From Nitrospirota bacterium (GTDB taxonomy: Bacteria > Nitrospirota > Nitrospiria > JACQBW01): a stretch of 64,000 nt of DNA. A program made the position numbers and the translations under genes. Shown here piece by piece: positions 1-13,492 of this stretch. The number at the start of each line of letters is the position of its first letter. Position 1 is the stretch's first letter. Under the pieces are notes generated by a model that did not search any database, had not been told where the DNA came from, and saw only the letters and a list, made by a program, of their open reading frames with translations. Location of the stretch: positions 3,183 through 67,182 of the forward strand of contig JACOTA010000013.1 of the NCBI GenBank assembly GCA_016178585.1, in the 5' to 3' direction.

Positions 1-1915
1 AAACCAGACTTGAAAGTAAAAAAACGACCAGCGCCATCTGGGCCATATTCTTAAACTTACCGGTTGTTAATTCCTCGTTGATGGCAATCGTCTGGGGAAG
101 GCTCCCTCCGATGCTAACGGTTATACCCGGAGGAAAATTCTCCGCGATAACGGTTTTGGATTTTTTATAAATGGTTTCGGCATTGACAGTGCTGTCATCT
201 TTTAGATAGACCCAAACCACCGTTTGCCGATAATCGTTATCGACAAAGTTATCAAAATCCTGGGGATCTCCCGAAATGGAATAGAGCAAGAGGTATTGGG
301 CGATTAATTCCCGGGTTTCTGGAAGCTTGTTATAAGCCGGATCATCTCCATGCATCGCCTGGTTCATTCGTTTCATCATATCCGCCAGGGACTGGGTTTT
401 ACCGACATAGGGCTGACCGTCCAAAAACTTCTGAAGGGCGGCCATCCCCTGAAGAACACGCGGATCTTTAATGCTATCCTGTTCCCGTCCCTCGATTAAG
501 AAAAAGATAGAATCCGTTCCGCCAAACCTTTTATTGAGAATCACATCGTCTTTTCGGACTTCGCTATTAACGCTATTATATCGTTTAATACTGCTGTCGG
601 CATGAAGCCGTGTAATTCCCATAAACGCAAAGCCAATAAACAGAACCGCGGCCCCTAGAATCCACGCGGATTTTCCGCCAACCAGGTTCTTCGATAATGT
701 TAAAAGCATCCGATCGAGAAAATCGGCCTTCTGCTCGCGTTCAACCTCCCGGCGTTTCGGCGCGGGCAGGAGCGAACGGAGAACCGGAATAAAGGTCATT
801 TCTAAAATCAACGCCCCCAGGACGCCCGAACCCGCAAAAACGCCAAAATGCCGGACCACCGAAATCCCCGCCGTCGTTAACGAATAAAAGGTCACAACGG
901 CGATCAAACCGGCGGTCAGCATGACGGGTCCCACCTTGACCAGCGATTCAATGACAGCCTTTTTGCTGGCGTCCCGCGGAGACATCGTCTCTCTCTCCTG
1001 AAGCTTGTGATATTCTTCATAGTAACGCTTTAAAATCTGAATAGCATGGCCGGCCGCAACCGCCATAATTAAAATGGGCGTCGTGGTATTCATCCCATCC
1101 ATGTGGACGCCCAGCACTCCCATGAAGCCCAAGCCCCAGATCACGCTCAAAATGGCGGTTAGAATGGGCAAAAACATTCCTTGAAAACTTTTGAAGGACC
1201 AATATTGAATCCCCATAATAATTAAAAGGGCGATTCCAAAGTAAATCGGCATTTTAAACATGTGGTATTCAAACCAGGCCAGGCCGACCGGAAGGCCTCC
1301 CATAGAGATATTCACCTGGTCGTCCCGTTCCCTATCCACCACCTTTCTGATCGATTCATAAAGCGCGGCATAACTGGGGTTTTCCTTATTGACTCTGAAA
1401 TCGGCGATGATTGCGGCTGCTTTTCCATCAGGAGAGACCAATGAATTAATATAGATTGGGTTGGAAGCCACCGCCGCTTTGAGACGTTCAATTTCGGCCG
1501 GAGTCTGGGGAATCGTCTCCATCATCTGCCGGACCTCCATTCCCTCCGGAGTTCCCTTAATTTCTTTCACCTTGCGGGCGGCAAAACTGATGATGTTATG
1601 CCGAACCGCCTCCGGAATTTCTTCAATCCCTTGCTGGATGCGCTGAATTTTCGCCAGGACAGCCGGCTGATAAACATCCCCATTTTTCGGAATGATTCCA
1701 ATCACCGTAAAGTTTCTCCCGCCAAAAACATTTTCAAGCTGTTTGGTCGCCTTGACATAGGGATGGGCCTGCGGAGCCCAGATATCCGGATCCATATCGA
1801 TTTTCAAGCTGGTAAGCCTTGATCCCAGAAACAGGGTTACGGCTGTAATCATTAAAATTGTAAACAGGCGATGACGAATGATGAATTCTGTATAGCGGCG
1901 AAATATTTGGGTCAT
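1..1915 (-). CDS. MMPL/RND family transporter (3' end runs off the window)
   Basis: Not in the ORF track because it is open at the edge. Manual translation starts MTQIFRRYTEFIIRHRLFTILMITAVTLFLG...LENVFGG, followed by TM segments. AGGAGAG RBS at 1924-1930. Confidence 0.85.
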   Translation of the reverse strand, partial: MTQIFRRYTEFIIRHRLFTILMITAVTLFLGSRLTSLKIDMDPDIWAPQAHPYVKATKQLENVFGGRNFTVIGIIPKNGDVYQPAVLAKIQRIQQGIEEIPEAVRHNIISFAARKVKEIKGTPEGMEVRQMMETIPQTPAEIERLKAAVASNPIYINSLVSPDGKAAAIIADFRVNKENPSYAALYESIRKVVDRERDDQVNISMGGLPVGLAWFEYHMFKMPIYFGIALLIIMGIQYWSFKSFQGMFLPILTAILSVIWGLGFMGVLGVHMDGMNTTTPILIMAVAAGHAIQILKRYYEEYHKLQERETMSPRDASKKAVIESLVKVGPVMLTAGLIAVVTFYSLTTAGISVVRHFGVFAGSGVLGALILEMTFIPVLRSLLPAPKRREVEREQKADFLDRMLLTLSKNLVGGKSAWILGAAVLFIGFAFMGITRLHADSSIKRYNSVNSEVRKDDVILNKRFGGTDSIFFLIEGREQDSIKDPRVLQGMAALQKFLDGQPYVGKTQSLADMMKRMNQAMHGDDPAYNKLPETRELIAQYLLLYSISGDPQDFDNFVDNDYRQTVVWVYLKDDSTVNAETIYKKSKTVIAENFPPGITVSIGGSLPQTIAINEELTTGKFKNMAQMALVVFLLSSLV

Positions 1916-2006
1916 CACGATCTCTCTCCTTTAGCTATTTTCACCCATCTAATATTGTTATCAGTTTATTGTCACTGATAAAAAAAATCTGTTCTTATCT
2001 GCGCTT

Positions 2007-2645
2007 CTATTTAAGAAAGGATCCGTCAGGATATTTTTTTTCAAATAAACATTTTAGGTAAAGTTTATACTGCAGAATGTTTCTTTCAAAAATTCCGTTA
2101 TCCTTTTTGGCCTTCGCAAGGATGAAAGAGCCCTCTACCAGGGAAATCAAGTGCTCCGCAAGACTCAGAGTGTCGAATGGCGCCTTATGAGCATGAAGGT
2201 CCTTTGCTTGATCCAAATCCCGCTTAAATCTGTTAGCCCATTGATCAAATCGCGCGGCGCATAAAGACCGGATTTCAGCATGGGTCTCGGCAAGTTCCTG
2301 TGTAAAATTTCCGAGAATGCAACTTTTCGGGGCTTCCGGATGTTTTGACAATTGAATTAAAAAATCAAGATATCCGTAAACACGCTGAAGCGGATCGAAT
2401 TCCTGATTGAAAGGTGCCATTTCTATCATTTCGGACATCTTGTTGGAATAAAATTCTAAAACCGCTTTTCCAAGCTCTTCCTTGCTCTCAAAATAATGAA
2501 AAAAGCTTCCCTTGGTAAACCCGGAGGCATCACAAATTTCGTCGACGGTTGTAGCCGGAAATCCCTGCTTCAGCATCAATTGTTTTGCGGCTTCAAGGAT
2601 TTTTTCTTTAGTGGCAGAAATTTCTTTAATGACCTTCATATTCAC
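2007..2645 (-). CDS. TetR/AcrR family regulator (NemR-like)
   Basis: TKEKILEAAKQL...GFPATTVDEIC...KGSFFHYFESKEEL HTH; C-terminal CILGNF motif. Confidence 0.92.
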   Translation of the reverse strand: MNMKVIKEISATKEKILEAAKQLMLKQGFPATTVDEICDASGFTKGSFFHYFESKEELGKAVLEFYSNKMSEMIEMAPFNQEFDPLQRVYGYLDFLIQLSKHPEAPKSCILGNFTQELAETHAEIRSLCAARFDQWANRFKRDLDQAKDLHAHKAPFDTLSLAEHLISLVEGSFILAKAKKDNGIFERNILQYKLYLKCLFEKKYPDGSFLK

Positions 2646-2647
2646 AA

Positions 2648-2661
2648 ACCTACTAGTTGGT
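2648..2661. promoter_or_regulatory. Candidate TetR operator palindrome
   Basis: ACCTACTAGTTGGT near-palindrome just upstream of the TetR start; TTGACA on the - strand at 2705-2710. Confidence 0.5.
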
Positions 2662-2728
2662 ATATTTTTGTTTCATCATATTTTTATCATACCTTCGGAT
2701 TCATTGTCAACTTTTTAAATTTAAGCAC

Positions 2729-3334
2729 CTATTTTGATTGAGAGGTCATTTGTTTTTCAGTCCCTGCCAACAGTCTTTTGATATTTTCGACGTGTTTCAG
2801 GTAGATGATTAAAACGACCAGGACCGCAAAGAAAAGATAATCTTTTTCCCCCAAAACCAGGAAGGTCAAGGGAAGGAGCCCAAATGAAACAAGCCCCCCG
2901 AGTGAGGAATACTTCCAGGTAAAATAGACCCCGTTCCAAATGATGAAGGTAATAATGGCTACCGCGGGGGAAATTCCTAAAAGAACACCGAAGCTGGTGG
3001 CAACCCCTTTTCCCCCTTTAAACCTCAGATAAATTGAAAAAATATGTCCCAGGATAGCAGCAAGGGCTACCGTCGAAATCCAGAAAACGGTGGGCGTCAT
3101 CTGCTTTGCGATTAGGACAGGAAGTGTTCCCTTCAGTGTGTCAAGGGTCAGGGTCATAAACGCTGTTTTTTTATTGGTGGTGCGCATGACGTTGGTGAAG
3201 CCAATTCCACCGCTTCCTCCTTTCCGGGGATCCATCCCGGCAAATATTTTCGATAAGATCAGGCCAAATGGAATACCGCCTAAAAGGCAGGAGATTGTCA
3301 CGATCATTATTCCGGATACAATTGAAGAATCCAA
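2729..3334 (-). CDS. plsY: Glycerol-3-phosphate acyltransferase PlsY
   Basis: GGIPFG, GSGGIGFTN, GHIFSIYLRFKGGKGVAT and KHVENIKRL motifs. Confidence 0.95.
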   Translation of the reverse strand: MDSSIVSGIMIVTISCLLGGIPFGLILSKIFAGMDPRKGGSGGIGFTNVMRTTNKKTAFMTLTLDTLKGTLPVLIAKQMTPTVFWISTVALAAILGHIFSIYLRFKGGKGVATSFGVLLGISPAVAIITFIIWNGVYFTWKYSSLGGLVSFGLLPLTFLVLGEKDYLFFAVLVVLIIYLKHVENIKRLLAGTEKQMTSQSK

Positions 3335-3353
3335 ATTTCTAATCCTTATTTAT

Positions 3354-3440
3354 ATTCAGGGGCCGGTGCGCCCCGCCTTCGGCGGATGCTCCGATGCCCC
3401 CCGAACCCCGCGTTCCGCACCGGCTTAGCCGGTTGCTTCC
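3354..3440 (-). repeat. Oriented intergenic repeat family R1, copy 1
   Basis: ATTCAGGGGCC...ATGCCCCCCGAACCCCGCGTTCCGCACCGGCTTAGCCGGTTGCTTC; 8 copies in the window. Confidence 0.9.
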
Positions 3441-3445
3441 CTTAC

Positions 3446-3979
3446 CTATTTATAGGCCTGTCTGGCGTAATTGACAAAATACTGAATGCCGGAAATGACT
3501 GCAAGGAAAAGCGAGACCCACATAAAAAAAGTCCCCAGGAGTTGAAAATTTAAAGGGAAAGTTAAATTCCAGAGGAGGAGCGAAATCGCGGTAATTTGAG
3601 CCCCCATTTTATACTTTCCGAGAACATCAGCGGGAATGATAATATCTTCCATCGCGGCAAGGGCTCTAAGCCCGGTCACCGCCATTTCCCTGCCGATTAA
3701 GATGACCACAATCCACGCTTCAACGCGATGAAAATTGACCAGCAGGATTAACGCGGAAATGACCAGAAGTTTGTCTGCGATCGGGTCCATGAGTTTTCCC
3801 CATTTGGTCACTTCTCCTCTTTTCCTGGCAAGATATCCGTCAAGAAAATCTGTCAGGGATGCCAGCAAAAACGTTACGGTTGCAAAAAAAGACCGGATGG
3901 GAGTCGGGTCCAAATAAATAAATATAAAAACGGGAATCATGGCTATTCGGAGAAGCGTCAGAAAATTAGGAAGATTCAT
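3446..3979 (-). CDS. pgsA: CDP-diacylglycerol--glycerol-3-phosphate 3-phosphatidyltransferase
   Basis: MNLPNFLTLLRI...TDFLDGYLAR...GKLMDPIADK; start moved to the ATG at 3979. Confidence 0.95.
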   Translation of the reverse strand: MNLPNFLTLLRIAMIPVFIFIYLDPTPIRSFFATVTFLLASLTDFLDGYLARKRGEVTKWGKLMDPIADKLLVISALILLVNFHRVEAWIVVILIGREMAVTGLRALAAMEDIIIPADVLGKYKMGAQITAISLLLWNLTFPLNFQLLGTFFMWVSLFLAVISGIQYFVNYARQAYK

Positions 3980-4883
3980 GACTCGCGGATCCGTACCGGG
4001 TTTGCCAACGGTTATGCATCCAGACCCACTGATCAGGATGCCGTTTGATGGTTTCTTCGATAGCCTTCGTAAAATAGGCGGTATTTGCATAAATATTTTC
4101 TTCCAATGTCCCCTGCTGAATCAAAGGAACAGGCCCGGTCAATGAAACCACATGACGATCGCCGGGTTCACGATGGATAAAACCAAGAATCACCGAAGCC
4201 CCGCTTTTCAGGGCTAAAGACGCGGCGCCAGAAGGGGTAAAAGCTTTTCGGTTAAAAAAATCTACAAAAACTCCTTCCGCTTCGATATCCTGGTCGATTA
4301 ACAAACCCAAAATCTGATTGTTTTTAAGCGCCGACAAGATTTTTCTCGCCCCTTTTTCTCCCCCTCGCGTAATCGTTTGCACCCCGTGAAGCGAGCGAAA
4401 TTGATTCATGATTCGATCAAGCCGGGAATCATAAAGGGGCGCCGCAATCACATTCGTCGGATACCCTTTAATCGAAAGGGCAATCCCCATCAGCTCCCAA
4501 TTTCCGGTGTGCCCTGTAACAAAGACAACTCCTTTTCCCTTCGCGAAGGCTTCCCTTAAGCAGGCCTCCCCTTCGAAGGTTACCATTCGATCGATATTCC
4601 GGGAATTGATTTGACTGAACTTTAAAACCTCTATCAGACTCTTTCCGAGATTTTCAAAACTCTTTTTGAGGATTTCATTTTTCTGGCTGTCATTATACCC
4701 GTCACCAAACGCGAGATTAAAATTATTCCAGGCCCTGTCTCGCTCTTTTTTTAATCGCTGGTAAGCAACCCTCCCTAAAAAACCGCCCGTTGCCAAAGCG
4801 ATTTTCCAGGGTATCAGGAGAATGAGAACAGAAACGACTTTCAGCCCTGCAATAATCAGCCATCTGACCACTTTTTGTTTCAT
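3966..4883 (-). CDS. Lipid A biosynthesis acyltransferase (LpxL/HtrB family)
   Basis: HTGNWE, LLIDQD and PDQWVWMHNRW motifs. Confidence 0.92.
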   Translation of the reverse strand: MKQKVVRWLIIAGLKVVSVLILLIPWKIALATGGFLGRVAYQRLKKERDRAWNNFNLAFGDGYNDSQKNEILKKSFENLGKSLIEVLKFSQINSRNIDRMVTFEGEACLREAFAKGKGVVFVTGHTGNWELMGIALSIKGYPTNVIAAPLYDSRLDRIMNQFRSLHGVQTITRGGEKGARKILSALKNNQILGLLIDQDIEAEGVFVDFFNRKAFTPSGAASLALKSGASVILGFIHREPGDRHVVSLTGPVPLIQQGTLEENIYANTAYFTKAIEETIKRHPDQWVWMHNRWQTRYGSASHESS

Positions 4884-4905
4884 ATATCAATCAGTCTACA
4901 ACAGT

Positions 4906-5029
4906 CCTGACGTTGAGAAGTGGTCAGTTGCCAGGCCGCAGAATCGAGGCAACGCAGGCGTACGTTAAATGTACGTTGAGGAAGCCGAGATTCGAGAACG
5001 CAGCAAATGGCCACTTATCGACGATCAGG
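4906..5029 (+). repeat. Long imperfect hairpin repeat family R2, copy 1
   Basis: CCTGA...GGCCGCAG...GCGTAC-loop-GTACG...GAGAACGCAGCAAATGGCC...TCAGG; homologous to 32761-32886. Confidence 0.8.
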
Positions 5030-5557
5030 CGAGAGAAAGCCAACCGGCTTGAGGCCTTTCTCACCCATCCTCGCCGATAAAATAAAATCAATCGCTTCGC
5101 GAACGCCTCCCAGACCTCCTGCTTTTTTGGTCACCCAGTCGCACTGATCTTTTACTTCATCAATTCCATTGGAAACGGAAAGAGAAAGGCCGACCCGTTT
5201 TATTACCGGCAAATCAATCAGATCGTCGCCAATATAGGCCATTTCATGATCTTTCAAGTGGTGCTTTTTTAAAATTTCTTCGTATTGTTTAATCTTATTT
5301 TCAACGCCCAGATAACATTCCTCGATCCCCAACTCTCTGGCTCTGATTTCAACCGCTTTTGACTTTCTCCCCGAGAGGATTCCGACTTTAATTCCCTGCT
5401 CCAAAAGAAGCCGGATGCCATGGCCGTCATGGATATGAAATACTTTAATCTCTTTTCCCTGATCGTCGTAATAAAGACGGCCGTCGGTCAAGACTCCGTC
5501 GACATCCATGAGGAAAAACTTGATTTGTCCGGCTTTTTCAATCAGTTCCCGTTTCAT
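5015..5557 (-). CDS. kdsC: KDO 8-phosphate phosphatase
   Basis: DVDGVLTDG HAD motif and GDDLID, in the kds cluster. Confidence 0.95.
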   Translation of the reverse strand: MKRELIEKAGQIKFFLMDVDGVLTDGRLYYDDQGKEIKVFHIHDGHGIRLLLEQGIKVGILSGRKSKAVEIRARELGIEECYLGVENKIKQYEEILKKHHLKDHEMAYIGDDLIDLPVIKRVGLSLSVSNGIDEVKDQCDWVTKKAGGLGGVREAIDFILSARMGEKGLKPVGFLSPDRR

Positions 5558-5568
5558 CGTTTTTCAGC

Positions 5569-6531
5569 TCAGACAACTCCCATTTTCAGAAGGTCGTGTA
5601 AATGAACAACCCCTACCAGCTTTTCATTCTCATCCATGACGGGTAAAACCGTAATGGAATAGGTTTCCATCACCTGAACCGCTTTGGCCGCCAGCTCCTT
5701 TTCCCCGATAAATTTGGGGTTTTTAGTCATGACTTCTTTGGCCCTTTTTTCAAATATTTTTTCTTCCTTTTCCAACAGCCGCCTTAAATCACCATCGGTA
5801 ATGACGCCGGTCAATTTCCCCTGCCGGCCTGTTACCGTTGTCATTCCCATTTTTTTCCGGGTCATTTCAAACAAGGCTTCTTTTAAGGAACTCTCTTCAC
5901 TTACAATCGGAATTTGGGCCGTCTGGTGCATGATATCTTTTACCCGGAGGAGGAGTCTTCTTCCCAAACTTCCGCCGGGGTGGAAAAAGGCAAAGTCTTC
6001 TTCTTTGATTCCTCTTAATTCAAACAGGGCGACGGCCAGCGCGTCTCCCATTGCCAGCGCCGCAGTGGTACTGGCGGTCGGAACAATCCCCATGGCCCCC
6101 GCCTCTTCTTGAACGCTGACGTCTAAAGCGACGTCGCTTTCCCTGGCAAGAGTCGATTTAATATTTCCGGTCATGGAGAGCAAAAATAAACCGAGTCGTT
6201 TGATCGATGGGAGAATTTTAAGGAGCTCTTCGGTTTCCCCGCTGTTTGAAATCGCCAGGATAACATCTCCTTTTGAAATCATCCCGATATCGCCATGAAG
6301 CCCCTCCGCAGGATGAAGAAAAAAAGAAGGCGCGCCGGTACTGGCCAGTGTGGCTGAAATTTTTTTTCCAATAATTCCGGATTTTCCCATTCCGGTCACA
6401 ACGACCCTTCCCTGACATTGGTTCAGCGCCTCAACCGCCTCAACAAAATTCTGATTAACGGAACTTAAAAGACGGGTCAGAGCGTTCGCTTCAGTTTGAA
6501 GGACTTTTTTTCCGGTTTGAATAATGTCCAT
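5569..6531 (-). CDS. kdsD: Arabinose 5-phosphate isomerase (KpsF/GutQ)
   Basis: GMGKSG, HGDIG and HPGGSLG motifs plus a CBS pair. Confidence 0.95.
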   Translation of the reverse strand: MDIIQTGKKVLQTEANALTRLLSSVNQNFVEAVEALNQCQGRVVVTGMGKSGIIGKKISATLASTGAPSFFLHPAEGLHGDIGMISKGDVILAISNSGETEELLKILPSIKRLGLFLLSMTGNIKSTLARESDVALDVSVQEEAGAMGIVPTASTTAALAMGDALAVALFELRGIKEEDFAFFHPGGSLGRRLLLRVKDIMHQTAQIPIVSEESSLKEALFEMTRKKMGMTTVTGRQGKLTGVITDGDLRRLLEKEEKIFEKRAKEVMTKNPKFIGEKELAAKAVQVMETYSITVLPVMDENEKLVGVVHLHDLLKMGVV

Positions 6532-6585
6532 AAACCCTTTGTAAAATGGAGTCCGTGGGTTGGCCGAGACCCAGGAATCAACCTG

Positions 6586-9767
<3,182 letters not shown>

Positions 9768-9771
<4 letters not shown>

Positions 9772-10778
9772 AAAGAATGGTTAAGATCATCCAATAAGGT
9801 TTGCTGAGTCACAGTTGCCGTTCCGACAATCCCGACGACAATTCCGGCGGCATGATTTGCCAAAACCGCGGAATCTTTTAAATTGGCTCCCGCCGAAAGA
9901 GCCAGGGATAATACGCTTACAACCGTATCCCCGGCGCCTGTAACATCGAAAACTTTCTTGGCGACAGTCGGAATATGCGTGACCTCCCCGGAGTTTTCAA
10001 AGAGGCTCATCCCATGTTCTCCCCGCGTAATGAGTACCGACTCGCAATCGAGCTTCTTTAAAATGGTCTGACCGGCTTTCATTAACGACGCTTCATCCTC
10101 TATTTCAATCCCGGAACCCAGGGAAGCTTCGAGATGGTTGGGGGTGAGGAGCGTGACACCCCTATAGATTGAAAAATGACTGATTTTCGGGTCGACAATA
10201 ATTTTGATTTTAAGTTCTTTTGAAAAATTAATTGCCCCCCTGATTAAACTTTCAGTGACAACCCCTTTTTCGTAATCGGAGATGACAATCGACTGATATT
10301 GATCAAGATTTTTTTCCAGCCAGGAGAGGAGTTTTTTCTGGCTTTCGGCGGAAATATCTCCCCGTTTTTCGTGATCAAATCTAACCACCTGCTGACTATG
10401 GGCGATGACCCTCGTTTTCCGGGTCGTTGGGCGTCCGGGTTCCTGAATAATGCCCTGTCCGCTGACCTTCATCTCCCTTAAACGGCGGGTAATCCATTCG
10501 CCGGAAGCGTCCTGTCCAATAACCCCTCCGAGATCCGTTTTACCGCCAAGAGAAAAAATATTATGGCAAACGTTGGCCGCCCCGCCCAATAACATGGTTT
10601 CAGAGGTTACATTCACCACGGGAACGGGCGCTTCTGGCGAGATCCGTTTCACGGTTCCCCAGATATAATGGTCCAGCATTAAATCGCCAATCACAAGAAT
10701 CCGCGACTCTGAAAATTTTTTAACGTAAGACCTTAACGGATGTTCAGCGCGTTTTCTTTGTTCATTCCCAGGTTTCAT
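9768..10778 (-). CDS. rfaE1: D-glycero-beta-D-manno-heptose-7-phosphate kinase (RfaE domain I)
   Basis: GDLMLDHY, RISPEAPVP and DVTGAGDT motifs. Confidence 0.93.
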
Positions 10779-10799
10779 AAATTGACGCTCCTTTCGGAC

Positions 10800-11408
10800 T
10801 TATTGAATGAACTTTCCGATTCGATTCCAGCGCACCCACTCATCCTTCCCATCCCATGACCAATAAATGATAAACGCTTTTCCTTTTAACTTATTTTCGC
10901 TGACAAATCCCCAAAAACGACTGTCAAGACTTTGATCGCGATTATCTCCCATCATAAAATATTTACCTTCCGGAACGGTGATGGGACCGAAATTGTCCCG
11001 GTCCTGAAGAATGGCTGTATCGGAGTGGATGATGTAAGGTTCTTTCATGGCCTCCCCGTTGACAAACAACTGTTTGTTTTTAATTTCAATCGTGTCCCCG
11101 GGTTCTCCTATTAACCTTTTCACAAAATCTGTTTTTTCATCTCTCGGATATTTAAAGACCACCACATCGCCATGTTTCGGCTGCCAAGTGTGAATTAAAA
11201 TTGTATCTGAAAAAGGGATTTTAACGCCATAAATAAATTTCAGAACAAAAATATGATCCCCAACCTTCAAGGTTGGAATCATCGATCCTGAAGGTATTTT
11301 GAAAGCCTGAATGACAAAGGTCATCACGATCAGAGCCAAAATCAAGGCGGTTAAAATCGCTTCTACATATTCCCTGATCATTGAAGGTTCATTTTTTCTT
11401 TTGGTCAT
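10800..11408 (-). CDS. lepB: Signal peptidase I
   Basis: IPSGSMIPTL, FVKRLIG and GDNRDQSLDSRFWG motifs. Confidence 0.96.
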   Translation of the reverse strand: MTKRKNEPSMIREYVEAILTALILALIVMTFVIQAFKIPSGSMIPTLKVGDHIFVLKFIYGVKIPFSDTILIHTWQPKHGDVVVFKYPRDEKTDFVKRLIGEPGDTIEIKNKQLFVNGEAMKEPYIIHSDTAILQDRDNFGPITVPEGKYFMMGDNRDQSLDSRFWGFVSENKLKGKAFIIYWSWDGKDEWVRWNRIGKFIQ

Positions 11409-11430
11409 TTCATTCCTTAAGCCTTATTTT

Positions 11431-11517
11431 ATTCAGGGGCCCGTGCGGTTTCACTCCGTGAAATCCTCCGATGCCCCCGAACCCCGCGTTCCGCACCGAC
11501 TAAGCCGGTTGCTTCAC
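11431..11517 (-). repeat. Repeat family R1, copy 2
   Basis: Same conserved arms; variable loop contains the TTTCACTCCGTGAAA hairpin. Confidence 0.9.
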
Positions 11518-11529
11518 TTCATTTCTTAC

Positions 11530-13335
11530 TTAATCTTTTATTTTAAGTACTGCCAGAAAAGCCTCCTGAGGGATTTCAACCCTGCCGATCTGTTTCATTC
11601 TTTTCTTGCCTTCTTTTTGCTTTTCCCACAATTTTCGTTTTCTTGAAATATCTCCGCCATAACATTTTGCAGTCACGTTTTTTTTCATGGCGGCAATTGT
11701 TTCACGGGCAAGAATCTTGCCGCCGATGGTCGCCTGAACAGCGATCTCAAACATTTGGCGGGGAATCAGTTCTTTCATTTTTTCGGCAATCTGGCGGCCG
11801 CGTTGAGCCGCTTTTGTTCTGTGGGTGATAAAGGAAAGGGCGTCTACGGTTTCGCCGTTCAACAAAATATCGATTTTAACCAGATCCGATTCCTTATAAC
11901 CGATCAATTCATAATCAAAGGATGCATATCCTTTGGTCAGCGATTTTAATTTATCATGAAAATCCAGAATCACTTCGTTTAGAGGCATTTCGTAGGACAT
12001 CAAAATGCGTTTTCGGTCCAGATATTTGTAGTCTTTTTGAATGCCTCTTTTTTCCTGGCAGAGGTTTATTAACGAACCCATGTATTCTTCCGGGGTAATG
12101 ATCGAGGCAAGAATGTTAGGCTCTTCATACGTTTTGACTTTTTGCGGATCAGGGAGTTTGGCCGGATTATCGATGAGAAGAAGGTCTCCCTTTATTGTTG
12201 TAATCCGGTAAACAACGGTCGGAGCCGTACTGATTAAACTTAAGTTATATTCCCGTTCCAGACGCTCCTGGATAATTTCCATATGAAGGAGCCCCAAAAA
12301 ACCGCACCGAAAGCCAAAACCAAGAGCAAGAGAGGTCTCAGGTTCATAACGAAAGGAAGAATCATTTAAGCTGAGTTTTTCTAACGCGTCCCTTAAATCT
12401 TCATATTCGGCCGTATCCTGACAATAAAGTCCGCAAAAAACCATCGGTTTAACATCCCGATAACCCGGAATCTGGACTTCTGCCGGCCGGCTTGCGGAGG
12501 TGACTGTATCTCCGACCTTGGTATCTCCGACTTTTTTTATCGCCGCCGTAAAACACCCGACCTCTCCGACGCTCAGTTCGGAAACCGGGGTCCGGGCGGG
12601 CGTGAAAATACCCAGCGAGATCACTTCAAACTCCTTCCGGTGGGACATAAAAAGAATTCGGTCTCCAACTTTCAGGGTGCCTTCGACAATCTTGACCAAA
12701 ACCACGGCCCCTTCGTAATTGTCAAACCATGAATCGAATACAAGGGCTTTTAAAGGGCCCTCCGGATCACCTGAAGGGGGAGGAACCCTGTGAACGACGG
12801 CTTCAAGAATCTCTTTTATTCCAATCCCCTCTTTGGCGCTTGCCAGGACCGCCTCGTTCGCTTCAAGGCTTAAAATATCCTCAATTTGCTCTTTTGCTTT
12901 TACAATATCCGCGCTCGGCAGGTCGATTTTATTGATCACCGGAATAATCTTGAGCCTGTTGTCCATCGCCAGATTGGCATTCGCGATCGTTTGGGCTTCA
13001 ACGCCCTGCGTGGCGTCGACGACAAGAAGAGCGCCTTCACAGGCCGCAAGGCTTCTGGAAACTTCATAGGTAAAATCTACATGGCCGGGGGTGTCGATTA
13101 AATTCAGAATATATTTTTCGTTGGAATCTGATTGGTAAACCAGCCTGACCGCATGAGCTTTAATCGTTATACCCCGTTCCCGCTCAAGATCCATGTCATC
13201 AAGAAACTGCTCCCGTTGCTCTCTTTTGGTCAAAGCACCGGTATATTCCAGAAGACGATCTGCCAGGGTTGACTTGCCATGGTCAATATGGGCGATAATG
13301 GAAAAATTTCGGATGTGGTTTTGGATTTCATTCAT
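11530..13335 (-). CDS. lepA: Elongation factor 4 (LepA)
   Basis: [20 protein letters not shown] and [10 protein letters not shown]. Start placed at ATG 13335 because the -10 box abuts the ATG at 13344. Confidence 0.97.
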   Translation of the reverse strand: MNEIQNHIRNFSIIAHIDHGKSTLADRLLEYTGALTKREQREQFLDDMDLERERGITIKAHAVRLVYQSDSNEKYILNLIDTPGHVDFTYEVSRSLAACEGALLVVDATQGVEAQTIANANLAMDNRLKIIPVINKIDLPSADIVKAKEQIEDILSLEANEAVLASAKEGIGIKEILEAVVHRVPPPSGDPEGPLKALVFDSWFDNYEGAVVLVKIVEGTLKVGDRILFMSHRKEFEVISLGIFTPARTPVSELSVGEVGCFTAAIKKVGDTKVGDTVTSASRPAEVQIPGYRDVKPMVFCGLYCQDTAEYEDLRDALEKLSLNDSSFRYEPETSLALGFGFRCGFLGLLHMEIIQERLEREYNLSLISTAPTVVYRITTIKGDLLLIDNPAKLPDPQKVKTYEEPNILASIITPEEYMGSLINLCQEKRGIQKDYKYLDRKRILMSYEMPLNEVILDFHDKLKSLTKGYASFDYELIGYKESDLVKIDILLNGETVDALSFITHRTKAAQRGRQIAEKMKELIPRQMFEIAVQATIGGKILARETIAAMKKNVTAKCYGGDISRKRKLWEKQKEGKKRMKQIGRVEIPQEAFLAVLKIKD

Positions 13336-13346
13336 AAAACGCATGA

Positions 13347-13375
13347 ATTATATTCGTAATTGCAAGGCTTGTCAA
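13347..13375 (-). promoter_or_regulatory. Consensus sigma70 promoter of lepA
   Basis: Exact TTGACA-N17-TATAAT on the - strand. Confidence 0.8.
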
Positions 13376-13492
13376 AATGATTATTGCTGGAGGGGTATTC
13401 CAGGCCGATGGCCATGGGGAAGCACCTTACTACTTGCCTGACCGGAAAATCGTCAAACTCTTCAGCCAAGCATTCAGATGCGAATGATAGAT

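Noticed and set aside
1017..1822. Short ORFs in the track
   Set aside because: They are shadows of the long MMPL frame on the - strand; the same applies to most 60-150 aa ORFs overlapping core genes.
3090..3428. Peptide encoded by R1 (IQGPVR...APRTPRSAP), also seen in ORF 11311-11646
   Set aside because: Antisense to real genes, and the frame is not kept across copies.
13386..13466. SRP RNA
   Set aside because: CAGG and AAGCA words are present, but they do not flank a short GNRA-capped stem as in SRP helix 8.
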